64,000 nt of DNA from Clostridiales bacterium (GTDB lineage: Bacteria > Bacillota > Clostridia > Oscillospirales > Butyricicoccaceae). A program made the position numbers and the translations under genes. Positions 19,011 through 29,698 of this stretch are shown in pieces. The first letter of the stretch is position 1. Each line of letters opens with the position of its first letter. The DNA lies in contig SFJM01000006.1 in the NCBI GenBank assembly GCA_004555915.1, forward strand, positions 16,483-80,482, in the 5' to 3' direction. The notes beneath the pieces were generated by a model. That model did no database searches. It was not told where the DNA came from and saw only the letters and a program-made list of their open reading frames with translations.

Positions 19011-20093
19011 ATGTCCGATGGAAGAATTTACAACTTTTCGGCAGGTCCGTCCATGATGCCGCTGCCGGTTCTGAAAAAAGCCGCAGCACAGATGCTTAAC
19101 TATGAAGGCTCCGGCATGTCCGTCATGGAGATGAGTCACAGATCAAAATATTATGATGATATCATCAACGGTGCACAGGATGTCCTGCGCCGCGTGATGA
19201 ATATCCCGGATAACTATAAAATCCTGTTCATGCAGGGCGGCGCTACCATGCAGTTCTCCGCAATCCCGCTGAACCTGATGGTAACCGGCAAGGCTGACTA
19301 TGCTGTTACCGGCAACTTCGCACGCAATGCCATGAAGGAAGCAAAGAAGTTCGGCACCGTACAGATTGCCGCAACCTCTGAGGCTGACAACTTCACCTGG
19401 GTTCCGACACAGGAGCAGCTGACCCTGGACCCCACCGCAGATTACTTCTACTTCTGCGCAAACAACACCATCTTCGGTACCGAATGGCATTATGACCCGA
19501 ATGCGGGCGATGTGCCGGTTGTTGCCGACATGTCCTCCAACATCCTGTCCAAGCCGGTTGACATCTCCAAGTACGGCCTGATTTATGCCGGTGCACAGAA
19601 GAACATGGGCCCGGCAGGCATGGCCGTTGTCATCATCCGTGAGGACCTGATGGGCCATTACCGTGAAAACATGCCGGTACTGCTGGACTACGCACTGACC
19701 TCCAGCAAGAACAGCATGTACAACACGCCTCCTACGTACTCCATCTACATGATGAAGCTGGTAGCTGAGTGGGTTGAAGAAATGGGCGGCGTGGAAGCCA
19801 TGGCAAAGCTGGCTGACAAGCGCAGCTCCATGCTGTATGACTACCTGGATTCCTCCAAAATGTTCAAGGGTGCGGCACAGAAGGAGTCCCGTTCCCGCAT
19901 GAATGTCACCTTCCGCACCGGCGATGAAGAGCTGGATAAGAAGTTCATCAAGGAGTCCATCGAGGCTGGCATGACCAACCTGAAGGGCCATCGCCTGGTT
20001 GGCGGCATGCGTGCCTCCATCTACAATGCAATGCCGATTGAAGGTGTTGCATACCTCATCGACTTCATGCAGAAGTTCGAGAAGAACAACTAA
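19011..20093 (+). CDS. serC: Phosphoserine aminotransferase
   Basis: NFSAGPS, SVMEMSHRS, GAQKNMGPAG, GHRLVGGMRASIYNA. Confidence 0.98.
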   Translation: MSDGRIYNFSAGPSMMPLPVLKKAAAQMLNYEGSGMSVMEMSHRSKYYDDIINGAQDVLRRVMNIPDNYKILFMQGGATMQFSAIPLNLMVTGKADYAVTGNFARNAMKEAKKFGTVQIAATSEADNFTWVPTQEQLTLDPTADYFYFCANNTIFGTEWHYDPNAGDVPVVADMSSNILSKPVDISKYGLIYAGAQKNMGPAGMAVVIIREDLMGHYRENMPVLLDYALTSSKNSMYNTPPTYSIYMMKLVAEWVEEMGGVEAMAKLADKRSSMLYDYLDSSKMFKGAAQKESRSRMNVTFRTGDEELDKKFIKESIEAGMTNLKGHRLVGGMRASIYNAMPIEGVAYLIDFMQKFEKNN

Positions 20094-20161
20094 GTCTTAC
20101 GTCTGTTGAAATATCCGCCGCATGCCACTCCGGTGGTGCGGCGGTATTCCTTGAAGGGAGA

Positions 20162-21337
20162 ATGATACCAATGTATCAGGTAAAACTGTTTAATAAGATT
20201 TCCAATGCGGGCCTCAGCCTGCTCAAGCCGGAAGCATATACCTGCTCGGAGGATTTTGAGAATTATGATGCAATCATGGTGCGTTCCGCCAAGCTGCATG
20301 ATCTGGAATTCCCGAAGAATCTGAAGTGCATCGCACGTGCAGGTGCCGGTGTCAACAATATCCCGCTGGATAAGTGCACCGAAAACGGCATTGTTGTATT
20401 CAATACCCCGGGTGCCAACGCAAATGCCGTAAAGGAACTGGTTCTGTGTGCCCTGCTGCTGTCCTCCCGTAACATCGTAGGCGGCGCGAACTGGGTCAAG
20501 ACGCTGGCAGGCAACGGCGACAAGATCGGTGCCATGGCTGAAAAGGGCAAGTCCAATTTTGCCGGTCCGGAAATTGCCGGCAAGACCCTGGGTGTCATCG
20601 GTCTGGGTGCTATCGGTGTCCGTGTTGCCAATGCCGCTCTGGCACTGGGCATGGAGGTTATTGGCTATGACCCGTACCTGTCTGTCAATGCCGCTCTGCA
20701 GATTCAGCGCGGCGTGCGTTATACCGCTGACCTGAATGAAATCTTTGCGAACTCTGACTATATCACCGTACACGTTCCGCTGATGGATTCCACCCGCGGC
20801 ATTGTCAGCCGTGAAGGCATTGCCATGATGAAGGATGGCGTCCGCATCCTGAACTTTGCCCGTGACGGCCTGTGCGATGAGGATGCTGTCATTGAAGGCC
20901 TGGAATCCGGCAAGATTGCATGCTACTGCTGCGACTTCGCTTCCGAGAGAATGCTGGCTCAGCCGAATGCCCTGTGCCTGCCGCATCTGGGCGCTTCCAC
21001 TCCGGAGAGTGAGGACAACTGTGCAAGAATGGCAGCAGAGGAAATGATGGAATACCTGGAAAAGGGTACCATCCGCAACTCGGTGAACTTCCCGAACCTG
21101 AAGGTGCCGCGTGAAGCAGACATCCGTATCTGCATCATGCACCGCAACATCCCGAACCTGATTGCCAAGCTGTCCACCGTCCTGTCCGACAGAGGCATCA
21201 ACATCGAGAACATGGGCAGCCGTCCGCGCGGCGAGGTTGCCTACACCATCATGGAAACCAATGATGAGCTGTCCGATGAGACCAAGGCTGCCCTGCAGGC
21301 AGTTGAAGGCGTTATCTCCTTCCGTGTCATTGAGTAA
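20162..21337 (+). CDS. serA: D-3-phosphoglycerate dehydrogenase with ACT domain
   Basis: RAGAGVNNI, GLGAIG, NFAR, PHLGAST, C-terminal ACT domain. Confidence 0.95.
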   Translation: MIPMYQVKLFNKISNAGLSLLKPEAYTCSEDFENYDAIMVRSAKLHDLEFPKNLKCIARAGAGVNNIPLDKCTENGIVVFNTPGANANAVKELVLCALLLSSRNIVGGANWVKTLAGNGDKIGAMAEKGKSNFAGPEIAGKTLGVIGLGAIGVRVANAALALGMEVIGYDPYLSVNAALQIQRGVRYTADLNEIFANSDYITVHVPLMDSTRGIVSREGIAMMKDGVRILNFARDGLCDEDAVIEGLESGKIACYCCDFASERMLAQPNALCLPHLGASTPESEDNCARMAAEEMMEYLEKGTIRNSVNFPNLKVPREADIRICIMHRNIPNLIAKLSTVLSDRGINIENMGSRPRGEVAYTIMETNDELSDETKAALQAVEGVISFRVIE

Positions 21338-21355
21338 TTAAAATCGGATATACTG

Positions 21356-21387
21356 AAGCCCCGGATTGAAGCATCCGGGGCTTTTTT
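21356..21387 (+). terminator. serCA terminator
   Basis: AAGCCCCGGAT..ATCCGGGGCTTTTTT. Confidence 0.85.
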
Positions 21388-21479
21388 GTGTGTGCGGGAG
21401 GAGCTCTCGAAGCAAGGAGGCTTTTGACCGTATCATTTCATAGAACTCTCAGCTGGTACGGAAAACGGGTTACTCCAAA

Positions 21480-21635
21480 GCCTCCCTCAGAGGAGGGAGG
21501 TGGCATTTGCGTCAGCAAATGACGGAGGGAGTTGAAAAAGTAAATCTTTTCCGCTCAGATACCATTTGACAGTGAGATTTGCTCTTACTAACTCCCTCAG
21601 TCGCCTGCGGCGACAGCTCCCTCCAAGAGGGAGCC
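21480..21635. repeat. Inverted doublet of REP-like units
   Basis: Units at 21480-21533 and, inverted, 21590-21635. Confidence 0.9.
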
Positions 21636-21766
21636 TTTGAAGCAAGCCTTTTCATTTACCATCTGAGATATCATGCACATCTTTTCCCTCCAAAAAGAGA
21701 GCACCCCGCACAGCACCAGGGCCATGCGGGGCTTGTAGAGACAGGAGAAATATCATCAGGAGATAT

Positions 21767-22492
21767 TTACTTTTCCCGGATACGGGTAATGGAGAAATTG
21801 AAAATCTCACTGCGCAGATAATCCACGGTGTACAGCACCGGATTGCCGCGGGAGTCAAAATGCTGCTGTTCCATGCCAAGAATCTGCATGTTTTCGCCGC
21901 TGCGCAACTGCATGGCCAGCGGGTCATCCTCTGACGGGATTACCACCCTTGCGGAGGAACGGCTGACAAAGATGCCCTTGCGGCGTTCAAAATAGGAGAA
22001 CAGGGAATCCGGCATATGCAGCGGGTCCAGCTCATCGGCAAGGTATACCGGCATGTAATGCATGCTGCAGCAGATGGGCTCCCCGCTCTTGGTATAGCGG
22101 GTACGGTTGACATAGAATACATTGATGCCATGCTTGACGCCCAGTGCGGAGGCAACCTCCTGGCTCGGGATGGTCAGGCCGGTGGTATAGCTGCTGCGGC
22201 CTTCCGAAATACCTGCCTGACGGATCATCTCGCTGATGGAGCACAGACGGGTCAGGTCATTTTCCGTCTTGGCGGAAACCTCCATGAGGAATGTGCCAAC
22301 GCCATGCTTGGAATAAATGATGCCTTCCCTGCGGAGCAGCTCCAGCGCTGCGCGCCAGGTCTCGCGGCTGACGCCGAACTGCTGTGCCATTTTGGTTTCC
22401 GACGGCAGGCGTTCACCGGCCTGATAAATACCCTCACGGCACATCATCATAAATTCTTCCTTCGCTCTGAGTGATGAGGACATGCGTTTCAT
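21767..22492 (-). CDS. GntR/HutC-family regulator with UTRA domain
   Basis: GERLPSE..FGVSRET..HGVGTF; UTRA-like C-terminus. Confidence 0.92.
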   Translation of the reverse strand: MKRMSSSLRAKEEFMMMCREGIYQAGERLPSETKMAQQFGVSRETWRAALELLRREGIIYSKHGVGTFLMEVSAKTENDLTRLCSISEMIRQAGISEGRSSYTTGLTIPSQEVASALGVKHGINVFYVNRTRYTKSGEPICCSMHYMPVYLADELDPLHMPDSLFSYFERRKGIFVSRSSARVVIPSEDDPLAMQLRSGENMQILGMEQQHFDSRGNPVLYTVDYLRSEIFNFSITRIREK

Positions 22493-22955
22493 TTTTCCAT
22501 CCCTCCCGGTTGTTTATACCTTTCTTTTTGTTGTATATACATCCTTGCTGTTGTTGTATGCAATTGGTTTGCAGTTGTCTGTCTTCCTTTTGTTATTGTT
22601 AGTATACTCTTTCGCATGTGGAATGTAAATTCGCAGTTTATACAAAACGCGGGCACGTGCACATTACAACTTATACAATACTGTGCACGTGCCCGCAAGC
22701 ATTTTGCGTGCACTTTCCATTTCCATGCACAGTGCACACGTTCTGTCCTCCGGCAGGATTTTCTCTTTCGTTTTTCCAGACAACAACGTACCGTTGTAAG
22801 CCCCGGTTGTATGCCAAAACCAGACAACAACATATTGTTGTAAAACCTCTTTTGCCACTGCCCTCCTGCCCGCCGGGCAAATCTGTGTTTCAAATTTTGG
22901 CGTGTTAGTGTATAATATCCCTGTAGCAACCATCAAATAGCAGGAGGCCTGATTT

Positions 22956-23438
22956 ATGGCAGAAATCAAAACCAATGCCATGCGCATTCTGGATCGAAAA
23001 AAGATCCCCTATCAGCATTATTCCTATCAGACCGATGGCGAGCATGTGGACGGCATTACCGTTGCCACAGCCATCGGCCAGCCGCTGGAGCGGGTGTATA
23101 AAACACTGGTTACCGTGGGCAAGTCCGGCGGGCATTATGTCTTTGTCATCCCGGTGGCAGCGGAGCTTGACCTGAAGAAGGCTGCGAAGGCTGTGGGGGA
23201 AAAATCCGTGCAGATGATCCATGTCCGGGAAATCAACCAGCTGACCGGTTATATCCGCGGCGGCTGCAGCCCCATCGGCATGAAAAAGCAGTTTCCTACC
23301 GTGCTCAGTGATTCCGCAAAGGAGCTGTCCTCTGTGATTATCTCCGGCGGCAGGATCGGCTTTCAGATTGACCTGAAGCCGGAGGATCTGCTGCAGCTCA
23401 TCCGGGGGAAATTCGGTGATATTGAGGTAACCGATTAA
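22956..23438 (+). CDS. ybaK: Cys-tRNA(Pro) deacylase
   Basis: KTNAMRILD, VYKTLV, TGYIRGGCSPIGMKK. Confidence 0.95.
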   Translation: MAEIKTNAMRILDRKKIPYQHYSYQTDGEHVDGITVATAIGQPLERVYKTLVTVGKSGGHYVFVIPVAAELDLKKAAKAVGEKSVQMIHVREINQLTGYIRGGCSPIGMKKQFPTVLSDSAKELSSVIISGGRIGFQIDLKPEDLLQLIRGKFGDIEVTD

Positions 23439-23469
23439 AAAAAGCCTCCCTCTGCCGAGGGAGACTTTC

Positions 23470-24804
23470 TCATCTTCTCTTTTGCATCTGTCTTTGTCTG
23501 CGGTTCCGGATCTGGCGGTACAGTCCCAGCAGGAACAGCAGCACCAGCAGGAGGACAACGGCACCGATGACAACGGCAGCTGCCATGATAATGTCCCGTA
23601 CCGGTTCGGGCAGGCGCTGAAAGGATGCTGTCAGCCGGTGCAGCATGCCACTGTTTTCCGGTGTCTCTGCTGCTGTCTGCCTGGACGGGACAATCCCCTG
23701 CTTCAGCTCTACCTGGATGGAAAGCAATGGCTGCGTGCCATCCCGTCCGGTTTCCTTCTGGTAGGCAGCCCGGCTGTCTTCTGCAACGGTTACCTGCAGC
23801 AGGTTCTGTTCCGCGTCACAGGTATAGGCCAGGTTTTCCGCCGTCATGCCCTTGGGCAGACGGATGGTGAAATCCTCCAGTGCATCGGTATCCAGCCGGA
23901 CATCCGCCTGCTTTGCCGCATCCTTTGCCTGCTTCTGATAGCTTTCCGCTGTCACGGTAAGTTTGGGATACTGTGCCTCGGCATAATTGAGCAGCGCCGT
24001 GGTTTCCGTAAAAATACCGTTCTTTACAGGACAGTTCAGCAGGGTTACAATAACATTGGAACCATCCTTTGTTTTTGCGCATGCCACAAAGGTATTATGG
24101 GCATTGGTTGTCCAGCCGGTCTTTGCGGCATACACACGGGCATCATAGGTCTGCTTGCTCTGGTCAAACATATCCACCTTGGTATAAATCTGCCACCCTG
24201 CCTGAATGACATTATCCGCCGGCAGGGTATAGGAGGTAGCACCGGAATATTTGGCAAATTCCGGATACTGGTTCGCCGCACGGGTAATCAAAGCCAGATC
24301 CTGTGCACAGGTGTAATGTCCATCCGCATCCAGACCATTGGGATTGGCAAAATGGGTATGGATACAGCCCAGCTCTTCTGCCTTGGCATTCATCATGGCA
24401 ACGAAATTGTCTACCGAACCGCCCACCGCTGCTGCCAGAATATTGGCGGCATCATTGGCGGAATACACCAGCATGCAGTACATCAGCTCATCTATGGTCA
24501 GCTGTTCCCCGGCTTCAAACCCCACACGGGTGGATTGCAGGTCTACCGTTGCCAGCGCTTCTGCCGTGGCAGTGGTCGTTGCGGTCATGTCACCATGCTC
24601 CAGTGCAACCAGTGCGGTCATCGTCTTGGTGACCGAAGCCATGGGCAATTCCTGCTGTGCATTTTTTTCATACAAAATCTCACCGGTATCCGCGTCCATG
24701 ACACAGGCACTCTGTGATGTAAGCTCCGGTGCTGCCGCCTGTGCCGGAATACTGCCGCACAACAGCAGCAATGCCATCAGGCAGGCAATCCACTTCTTTC
24801 CCAT
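23470..24804 (-). CDS. D-Ala-D-Ala carboxypeptidase (peptidase S11)
   Basis: Signal peptide, SVTK, SAN, KTG motifs, C-terminal TM anchor. Confidence 0.93.
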   Translation of the reverse strand: MGKKWIACLMALLLLCGSIPAQAAAPELTSQSACVMDADTGEILYEKNAQQELPMASVTKTMTALVALEHGDMTATTTATAEALATVDLQSTRVGFEAGEQLTIDELMYCMLVYSANDAANILAAAVGGSVDNFVAMMNAKAEELGCIHTHFANPNGLDADGHYTCAQDLALITRAANQYPEFAKYSGATSYTLPADNVIQAGWQIYTKVDMFDQSKQTYDARVYAAKTGWTTNAHNTFVACAKTKDGSNVIVTLLNCPVKNGIFTETTALLNYAEAQYPKLTVTAESYQKQAKDAAKQADVRLDTDALEDFTIRLPKGMTAENLAYTCDAEQNLLQVTVAEDSRAAYQKETGRDGTQPLLSIQVELKQGIVPSRQTAAETPENSGMLHRLTASFQRLPEPVRDIIMAAAVVIGAVVLLLVLLFLLGLYRQIRNRRQRQMQKRR

Positions 24805-24938
24805 TTTACCTTACTTCCTGTCTTCGTTTCATTTTTTTGCCCTTCGACAAAACTCTATGTATTACTATACACGATAGCCTGCCAAATAACAACCTCAGTG
24901 GTCAAATTCTGTTATTTTTTTCAAAGGAGCCATTACTT

Positions 24939-25214
24939 ATGCATTTGCTATTCTATTGGCTGGTTGCCATCAATAGTATCGCCGTTATCGTCACCATATG
25001 GGATAAGCTGGCTGCCATGCATGGCGCGTGGCGTGTGCCGGAAAAAACACTTTTCCTGCTCTGCGTTCTGGGCGGCTGTCCGGGCATGTATCTGACCATG
25101 CAGATCATCCGGCATAAAACCCTGCACAAGCGGTTTATGATCGGCATCCCACTGATTTTCCTTGCACAGCTTGCCATCTGCTTTGCTTTCAACCATTTTA
25201 TTCTTCCACACTGA
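24939..25214 (+). CDS. DUF1294 small membrane protein
   Basis: WDKLAA..WRVPEKTL..RHKT. Confidence 0.9.
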   Translation: MHLLFYWLVAINSIAVIVTIWDKLAAMHGAWRVPEKTLFLLCVLGGCPGMYLTMQIIRHKTLHKRFMIGIPLIFLAQLAICFAFNHFILPH

Positions 25215-25242
25215 CACAAAGAACCCCAAGGAGGATTTTTTT

Positions 25243-26517
25243 ATGTTATTACTCAAAAACGGAACCATTCTTGACCCGTATACCGATACGGACGAAAAAT
25301 TGGATATTCTCATTGGCGATGACGGTCTGATCCACCGCATTGCGCCGGATATTGTTCCGGTTGCCGGTGCACAGGTATTGGATGTCACCGGCTGCACCAT
25401 TTCTCCGGGCCTTGTGGATGTGCATGTGCATTTCCGTGATCCGGGCCAGACCGAAAAGGAAGATATCTTCACCGGTACTGCGGCAGCCATTGCCGGCGGA
25501 TACACCACCGTTGTCTGCATGGCAAATACCAAACCGGTATGTGACAACCTGCAGACCCTGCAATATGTACAGGACAAGGCGGCACAGGTACCGATCCATG
25601 TGCTGCAGGCCTGCGCGATTACCAAAGAGTTAAAGGGCAAAGAGCTGACGGATTTTGAAACCCTGCATGCCGCAGGCGCACCGGGCTTTACCGATGACGG
25701 CATCAATCTGACCAGCGGAAAGCTGTGCTATGAAGCCATGCGGAAGGCAAAACAGATGGGTGTCCCGCTGTCCTTCCATGAAGAAGATCCGGCTTATGTC
25801 CTGTCCCCGGGTGTCAATTACGGCAGTGAAGCCGCGAAGAAATTCGGTGTTTTCGGTGCCATGCGTGCCTCGGAGGAGGAAATGATTGCCCGGGATATTG
25901 AGCTTGCGCTGCTCACCGGCGCACGGGTTGCCTTCCAGCATATCAGCTCCGGACGTTCGGTTGCCCTGATCCGGGAAGGCAAGGCACGCGGCGCGGATAT
26001 CCATGCGGAAGCCACCCCCCATCATCTGACCATGACAGAGGAGGATGTGCTGGAATTTGGCGTCAATGCACGCATGAACCCGCCGCTGCGCACGGAAGCA
26101 GACCGTCAGGCCCTGATTGCCGGTCTGGTGGATGGTACGATTGATATGATCGCAACCGACCATGCGCCCCATACAGCAGAACAGAAAAACCGTCCGTTTG
26201 CACAGGCCATGTCTGGCATCACCGGTCTGGAAACCGCATTTTCCGTGCTGAATTCCGTGCTGGTACGCACCGGCCGCCTGACGCCTATGCAGCTCATGCG
26301 TGCCATGAGCCAGAACCCGGCACAGTTCTATGGCCTCACCGGCAAGGAAATCCGGGAAGGCAACCGTGCCGAGCTGATGATTGCGGACTGGGATGCGGAG
26401 GTCACCTATACGGAATACAAGTCCAAGTCCAGCAATACGCCGTTTACCGGCCAGCTGCTGGCAGGCAAGGTCATTGGCGTGGTATGCGGAACCTACTGCT
26501 CGGTGGAGGAAGCGTAA
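25243..26517 (+). CDS. pyrC: Dihydroorotase
   Basis: DVHVHFRDPG, MANTKP, MNPPLR, ATDHAPH. Confidence 0.95.
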   Translation: MLLLKNGTILDPYTDTDEKLDILIGDDGLIHRIAPDIVPVAGAQVLDVTGCTISPGLVDVHVHFRDPGQTEKEDIFTGTAAAIAGGYTTVVCMANTKPVCDNLQTLQYVQDKAAQVPIHVLQACAITKELKGKELTDFETLHAAGAPGFTDDGINLTSGKLCYEAMRKAKQMGVPLSFHEEDPAYVLSPGVNYGSEAAKKFGVFGAMRASEEEMIARDIELALLTGARVAFQHISSGRSVALIREGKARGADIHAEATPHHLTMTEEDVLEFGVNARMNPPLRTEADRQALIAGLVDGTIDMIATDHAPHTAEQKNRPFAQAMSGITGLETAFSVLNSVLVRTGRLTPMQLMRAMSQNPAQFYGLTGKEIREGNRAELMIADWDAEVTYTEYKSKSSNTPFTGQLLAGKVIGVVCGTYCSVEEA

Positions 26518-26565
26518 GACTGCTGTATCAACCATATCTCTGTGCAGACTTGAAACTGCGATGCT

Positions 26566-26822
26566 ACTCCCTCAGTCGCCTGCGGCGACAGCTCCCTCCT
26601 CTGAGGGAGCCTTTGGTCTTTCGGTATATTAAATTTACTGGCTAAAATATTCATGAAACATTCCGTATAAAAAGCCTCCCTCTTGGAGGGAGGTGGCATT
26701 TGCGTCAGCAAATGACGGAGGGAGTTTATCTAACGGATGCATCCATCGTGAATCTGAATGAAATTATTTTTTCCGAACTCTCTCCACCAGCTTCACTTAC
26801 AGTTCCCTCAAAAGAGGGAGCC
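26566..26822. repeat. Cluster of three REP-like units, the third degenerate
   Basis: 26566-26615 (inverted), 26674-26726, and 26776-26822 (inverted, decayed). Confidence 0.85.
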
Positions 26823-26861
26823 ACACAAAAAACCGGGGTCTCACGATCCCGGTTTTTCCAT

Positions 26862-27344
26862 TTACTTATGATATTTTCCGCCTGCGGCAATATTCAGTGC
26901 CCGGTACAGCTGTTCCAGCACCATGACACGTGCCAGATGGTGCGGGAAGGTCATGGGCGACATGGACAGCCGCAGCTGGGCGGACTGCTTCAGCGCCTCA
27001 TCCAATCCGCAGGAACCTCCGATCAGCACACAGATCTGGGAGGTACCGCTGCTCATCCAGCTGTCCAGCCGGTCTGCCAGCTGTTCGCTGGACAGCGCCT
27101 TTCCCTCAATGCACATGGCAATCACCCGGCTGCCGGAGGGGATTTTTGCCCGGATGGCTTCCGCTTCCTTCTGCAGTGCGGCATCTATCTGCGCCTGGGA
27201 CGGACGTTCCGGCAGACGCTGCTCCGCCAGCTCCACAATTTCCATCTGGCAATAGCCCTTTAGCCGTTTTTCATATTCCGCACAGGCTTCCCGGTAAAAT
27301 TTTTCCTTCAGCTTGCCCACACAGATCAGTCGAACATGGAACAT
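26862..27344 (-). CDS. rlmH: 23S rRNA m3-pseudouridine1915 methyltransferase
   Basis: VGKLKEK, IGGSCGL, MTFPHHLAR..EQLYRA..YHK. Confidence 0.97.
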   Translation of the reverse strand: MFHVRLICVGKLKEKFYREACAEYEKRLKGYCQMEIVELAEQRLPERPSQAQIDAALQKEAEAIRAKIPSGSRVIAMCIEGKALSSEQLADRLDSWMSSGTSQICVLIGGSCGLDEALKQSAQLRLSMSPMTFPHHLARVMVLEQLYRALNIAAGGKYHK

Positions 27345-28129
27345 TGACTGCCCTCCTCTGTCAGCGGAATCGGCTCCTCCATGGCACTGCGCGGCGCCAC
27401 ATACAGCTCACACTCCGAGCCGTCCAGCACCCGCTGTGTGCATCGCAGCGCCGTCAATGGATTGTTGTTCTTATCGCTCAGATGTGCCAGCACCAGCCGT
27501 CTGGCACCGGCCTTTGCCAGCTCCAGTGCGCTTTTCGCGCAATCCTCATTGGAAAGATGTCCGTATTTGCCGCGAATCCGCTGCTTTAAGTACATGGGAT
27601 ATGGCCCGGTGCGCAGCATGTCCACATCATGATTGGATTCCAGCACAATGGTATCACAGCCGGAAACCTGCTTCTGTACCTGTTCCGGCAAAAAGCCGGT
27701 ATCGGTCACATACCCCAGCTGATGCCCGCCGCCGTCAATCCGATAGGCCACCGGCTCCGCCGCGTCATGGGAAACCGGCATGGACCGGATATGTAGGTCA
27801 TCCACGGTAAACTGCTCTCCGCCTGCAAAGGTACGGAGATTTTTCTGTGCCTGAGGCAGCTTTTGCAGAATGGCAGCTGCCGTGCCAAAGGTGGCATAGA
27901 CCGGCAGGTCATATTTTTTGGTAAATGTCGCCAGACCCTTGGTATGATCCACATGCTCATGGGTCAGCAGTACGGCGGACAGATCCTCTACCTGCATATC
28001 AATGCGCCGCAGTGCCTGATTGAGCGCACGTACCGACACGCCCAGGTCAATCAGCACAGCCGTATTGCCTGCCTGCCACACGGCACAGTTTCCGGAGGAA
28101 CCGGATGCAATGGAATAATAAAAGCTCAT
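27326..28129 (-). CDS. walJ: MBL-fold hydrolase (WalJ/YycJ-like)
   Basis: SGSSGN, THEHVDH, SHDA, ESNHD, GHLSN, HLS. Confidence 0.88.
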   Translation of the reverse strand: MSFYYSIASGSSGNCAVWQAGNTAVLIDLGVSVRALNQALRRIDMQVEDLSAVLLTHEHVDHTKGLATFTKKYDLPVYATFGTAAAILQKLPQAQKNLRTFAGGEQFTVDDLHIRSMPVSHDAAEPVAYRIDGGGHQLGYVTDTGFLPEQVQKQVSGCDTIVLESNHDVDMLRTGPYPMYLKQRIRGKYGHLSNEDCAKSALELAKAGARRLVLAHLSDKNNNPLTALRCTQRVLDGSECELYVAPRSAMEEPIPLTEEGSQCSMFD

Positions 28130-28195
28130 AGCATCTCCCTGATAAAAAACAGGGAACTGCAGGCCGCAGTCCCCCATGTGTTTCAACCTTTGCGT

Positions 28196-29470
28196 TTAAT
28201 CCGGCTCGGATACGCGGGAAATCTCACCGCCGAGACCGCGAACCTTGTCAACCAGGTCCTCATAGCCGCGCTCCACATAGCCAATGCTGGATACCTTTGT
28301 GGTGCCATGCGCTGCCAGACCGGCAATTACCATTGCCGCGCCTGCACGCAGGTCATGTGCCACAACCTCCGTACCGATCAGATCCGGCACGCCGTCAATG
28401 ACTGCCGTTTCCTTGAATACCTTGATATGTGCACCCATCTTCTCCAGCTCCTCGGTATAGCGGAACCGGTTTGCCCAGACACCCTCGGTCACATGGCTGG
28501 AGCCATCCGCCAGGCACATGACAGCTGCCATCTGGGGCTGCATGTCCGTGGGGAAGCCCGGATACGGCAGGGTTTTCAGGTTCGTATGGCGCAGCGGGCC
28601 CTTGCGGATGACACGCACGGAATCGTCATACATTTCCACCTTCACACCCATATCCTCCAGCTTGGTGCTGATGCATTCCAGATGCTTCGGAATGACATTT
28701 TTCACCAGCACATTGCCGCCGCAGGCTGCTGCCGCTGCCATATACGTGCCGGCCTCAATCTGGTCCGGAATAATGGAATAGGTACCGCCATGCAGGCGTT
28801 CCACACCGTTGATGACAATCTTATCGGTACCCGCGCCGCGGATATTGGCGCCCATCTGGTTGAGGAAGTTTGCCAGGTCCACGATATGCGGTTCCTTTGC
28901 CACATTTTCCATGACCGTCTGTCCCTTGGCAAATACCGCTGCCAGCATGACATTCATGGTAGCGCCAACCGTGACAACATCAAAATAAATATGGTTGCCC
29001 GTCAGTCCCTCCGGTGCAATGGCCGAGATGAAGCCTTCACTTTCCACACGGACAAAGCTGTTGAGCTTTTCAAAGCCCTTGATATGCTGGTCAACCGGAC
29101 GAATTCCGCCGAAATTGCAGCCACCCGGCATGGCAACGCGTGCGCGGCCATACCGTCCCAGCTCCGCGCCGATAAAATAATACGACGCACGCAGACGGGT
29201 CATCAGCTCAAATGTTTCCTCACTCTCGAGGTTTACACCGGTATTTTCTGTCTTAAAGGTGGTTGCATCCAGCTGGGTAACCTGAATACCCATCTTTTTG
29301 AGAATCTCGAACTGCAGTCTCACATCCACAATATTCGGTACATTCTCAATAATACACGGTCCATCAACCATCAAGGCTGCCGGTACAATCGCTACCGCTG
29401 CATTTTTCGCACCGCTGATTGTAACCTCGCCCTCAAGCGGATGTCCGCCTTTGATGATATATTTCTCCAA
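28196..29470 (-). CDS. murA: UDP-N-acetylglucosamine 1-carboxyvinyltransferase
   Basis: SGAKNA, RASYY, PGGC, PYPGFPTDMQ, DLRAGAA. Confidence 0.97.
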   Translation of the reverse strand: MEKYIIKGGHPLEGEVTISGAKNAAVAIVPAALMVDGPCIIENVPNIVDVRLQFEILKKMGIQVTQLDATTFKTENTGVNLESEETFELMTRLRASYYFIGAELGRYGRARVAMPGGCNFGGIRPVDQHIKGFEKLNSFVRVESEGFISAIAPEGLTGNHIYFDVVTVGATMNVMLAAVFAKGQTVMENVAKEPHIVDLANFLNQMGANIRGAGTDKIVINGVERLHGGTYSIIPDQIEAGTYMAAAAACGGNVLVKNVIPKHLECISTKLEDMGVKVEMYDDSVRVIRKGPLRHTNLKTLPYPGFPTDMQPQMAAVMCLADGSSHVTEGVWANRFRYTEELEKMGAHIKVFKETAVIDGVPDLIGTEVVAHDLRAGAAMVIAGLAAHGTTKVSSIGYVERGYEDLVDKVRGLGGEISRVSEPD

Positions 29471-29698
29471 CGAAACCTTCTCCTTAAATCAATAACTACC
29501 AGGATAGTAGTTTCTCCATTCAATCTTTCAACATGCCGCCCCAGGCAAACGCTGCCCGGACACATAATATACACGTTTATTATGTTATCACAAGTACAGC
29601 CAGAACGCAAACCATTTTTATCCCGGCCCGGATTTTTGCCCATGAATCTATTTTTATGGATGTATTCCGGAGGAATTTGGTATGGGATGCACAACAAA

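Noticed and set aside
23437..23470. GCCTCCCTC..GAGGGAG hairpin resembling a REP half-unit (similar one near 63393-63426)
   Set aside because: Lacks the second hairpin and the terminal GAGGGAGTT; adequately explained as an intrinsic terminator.
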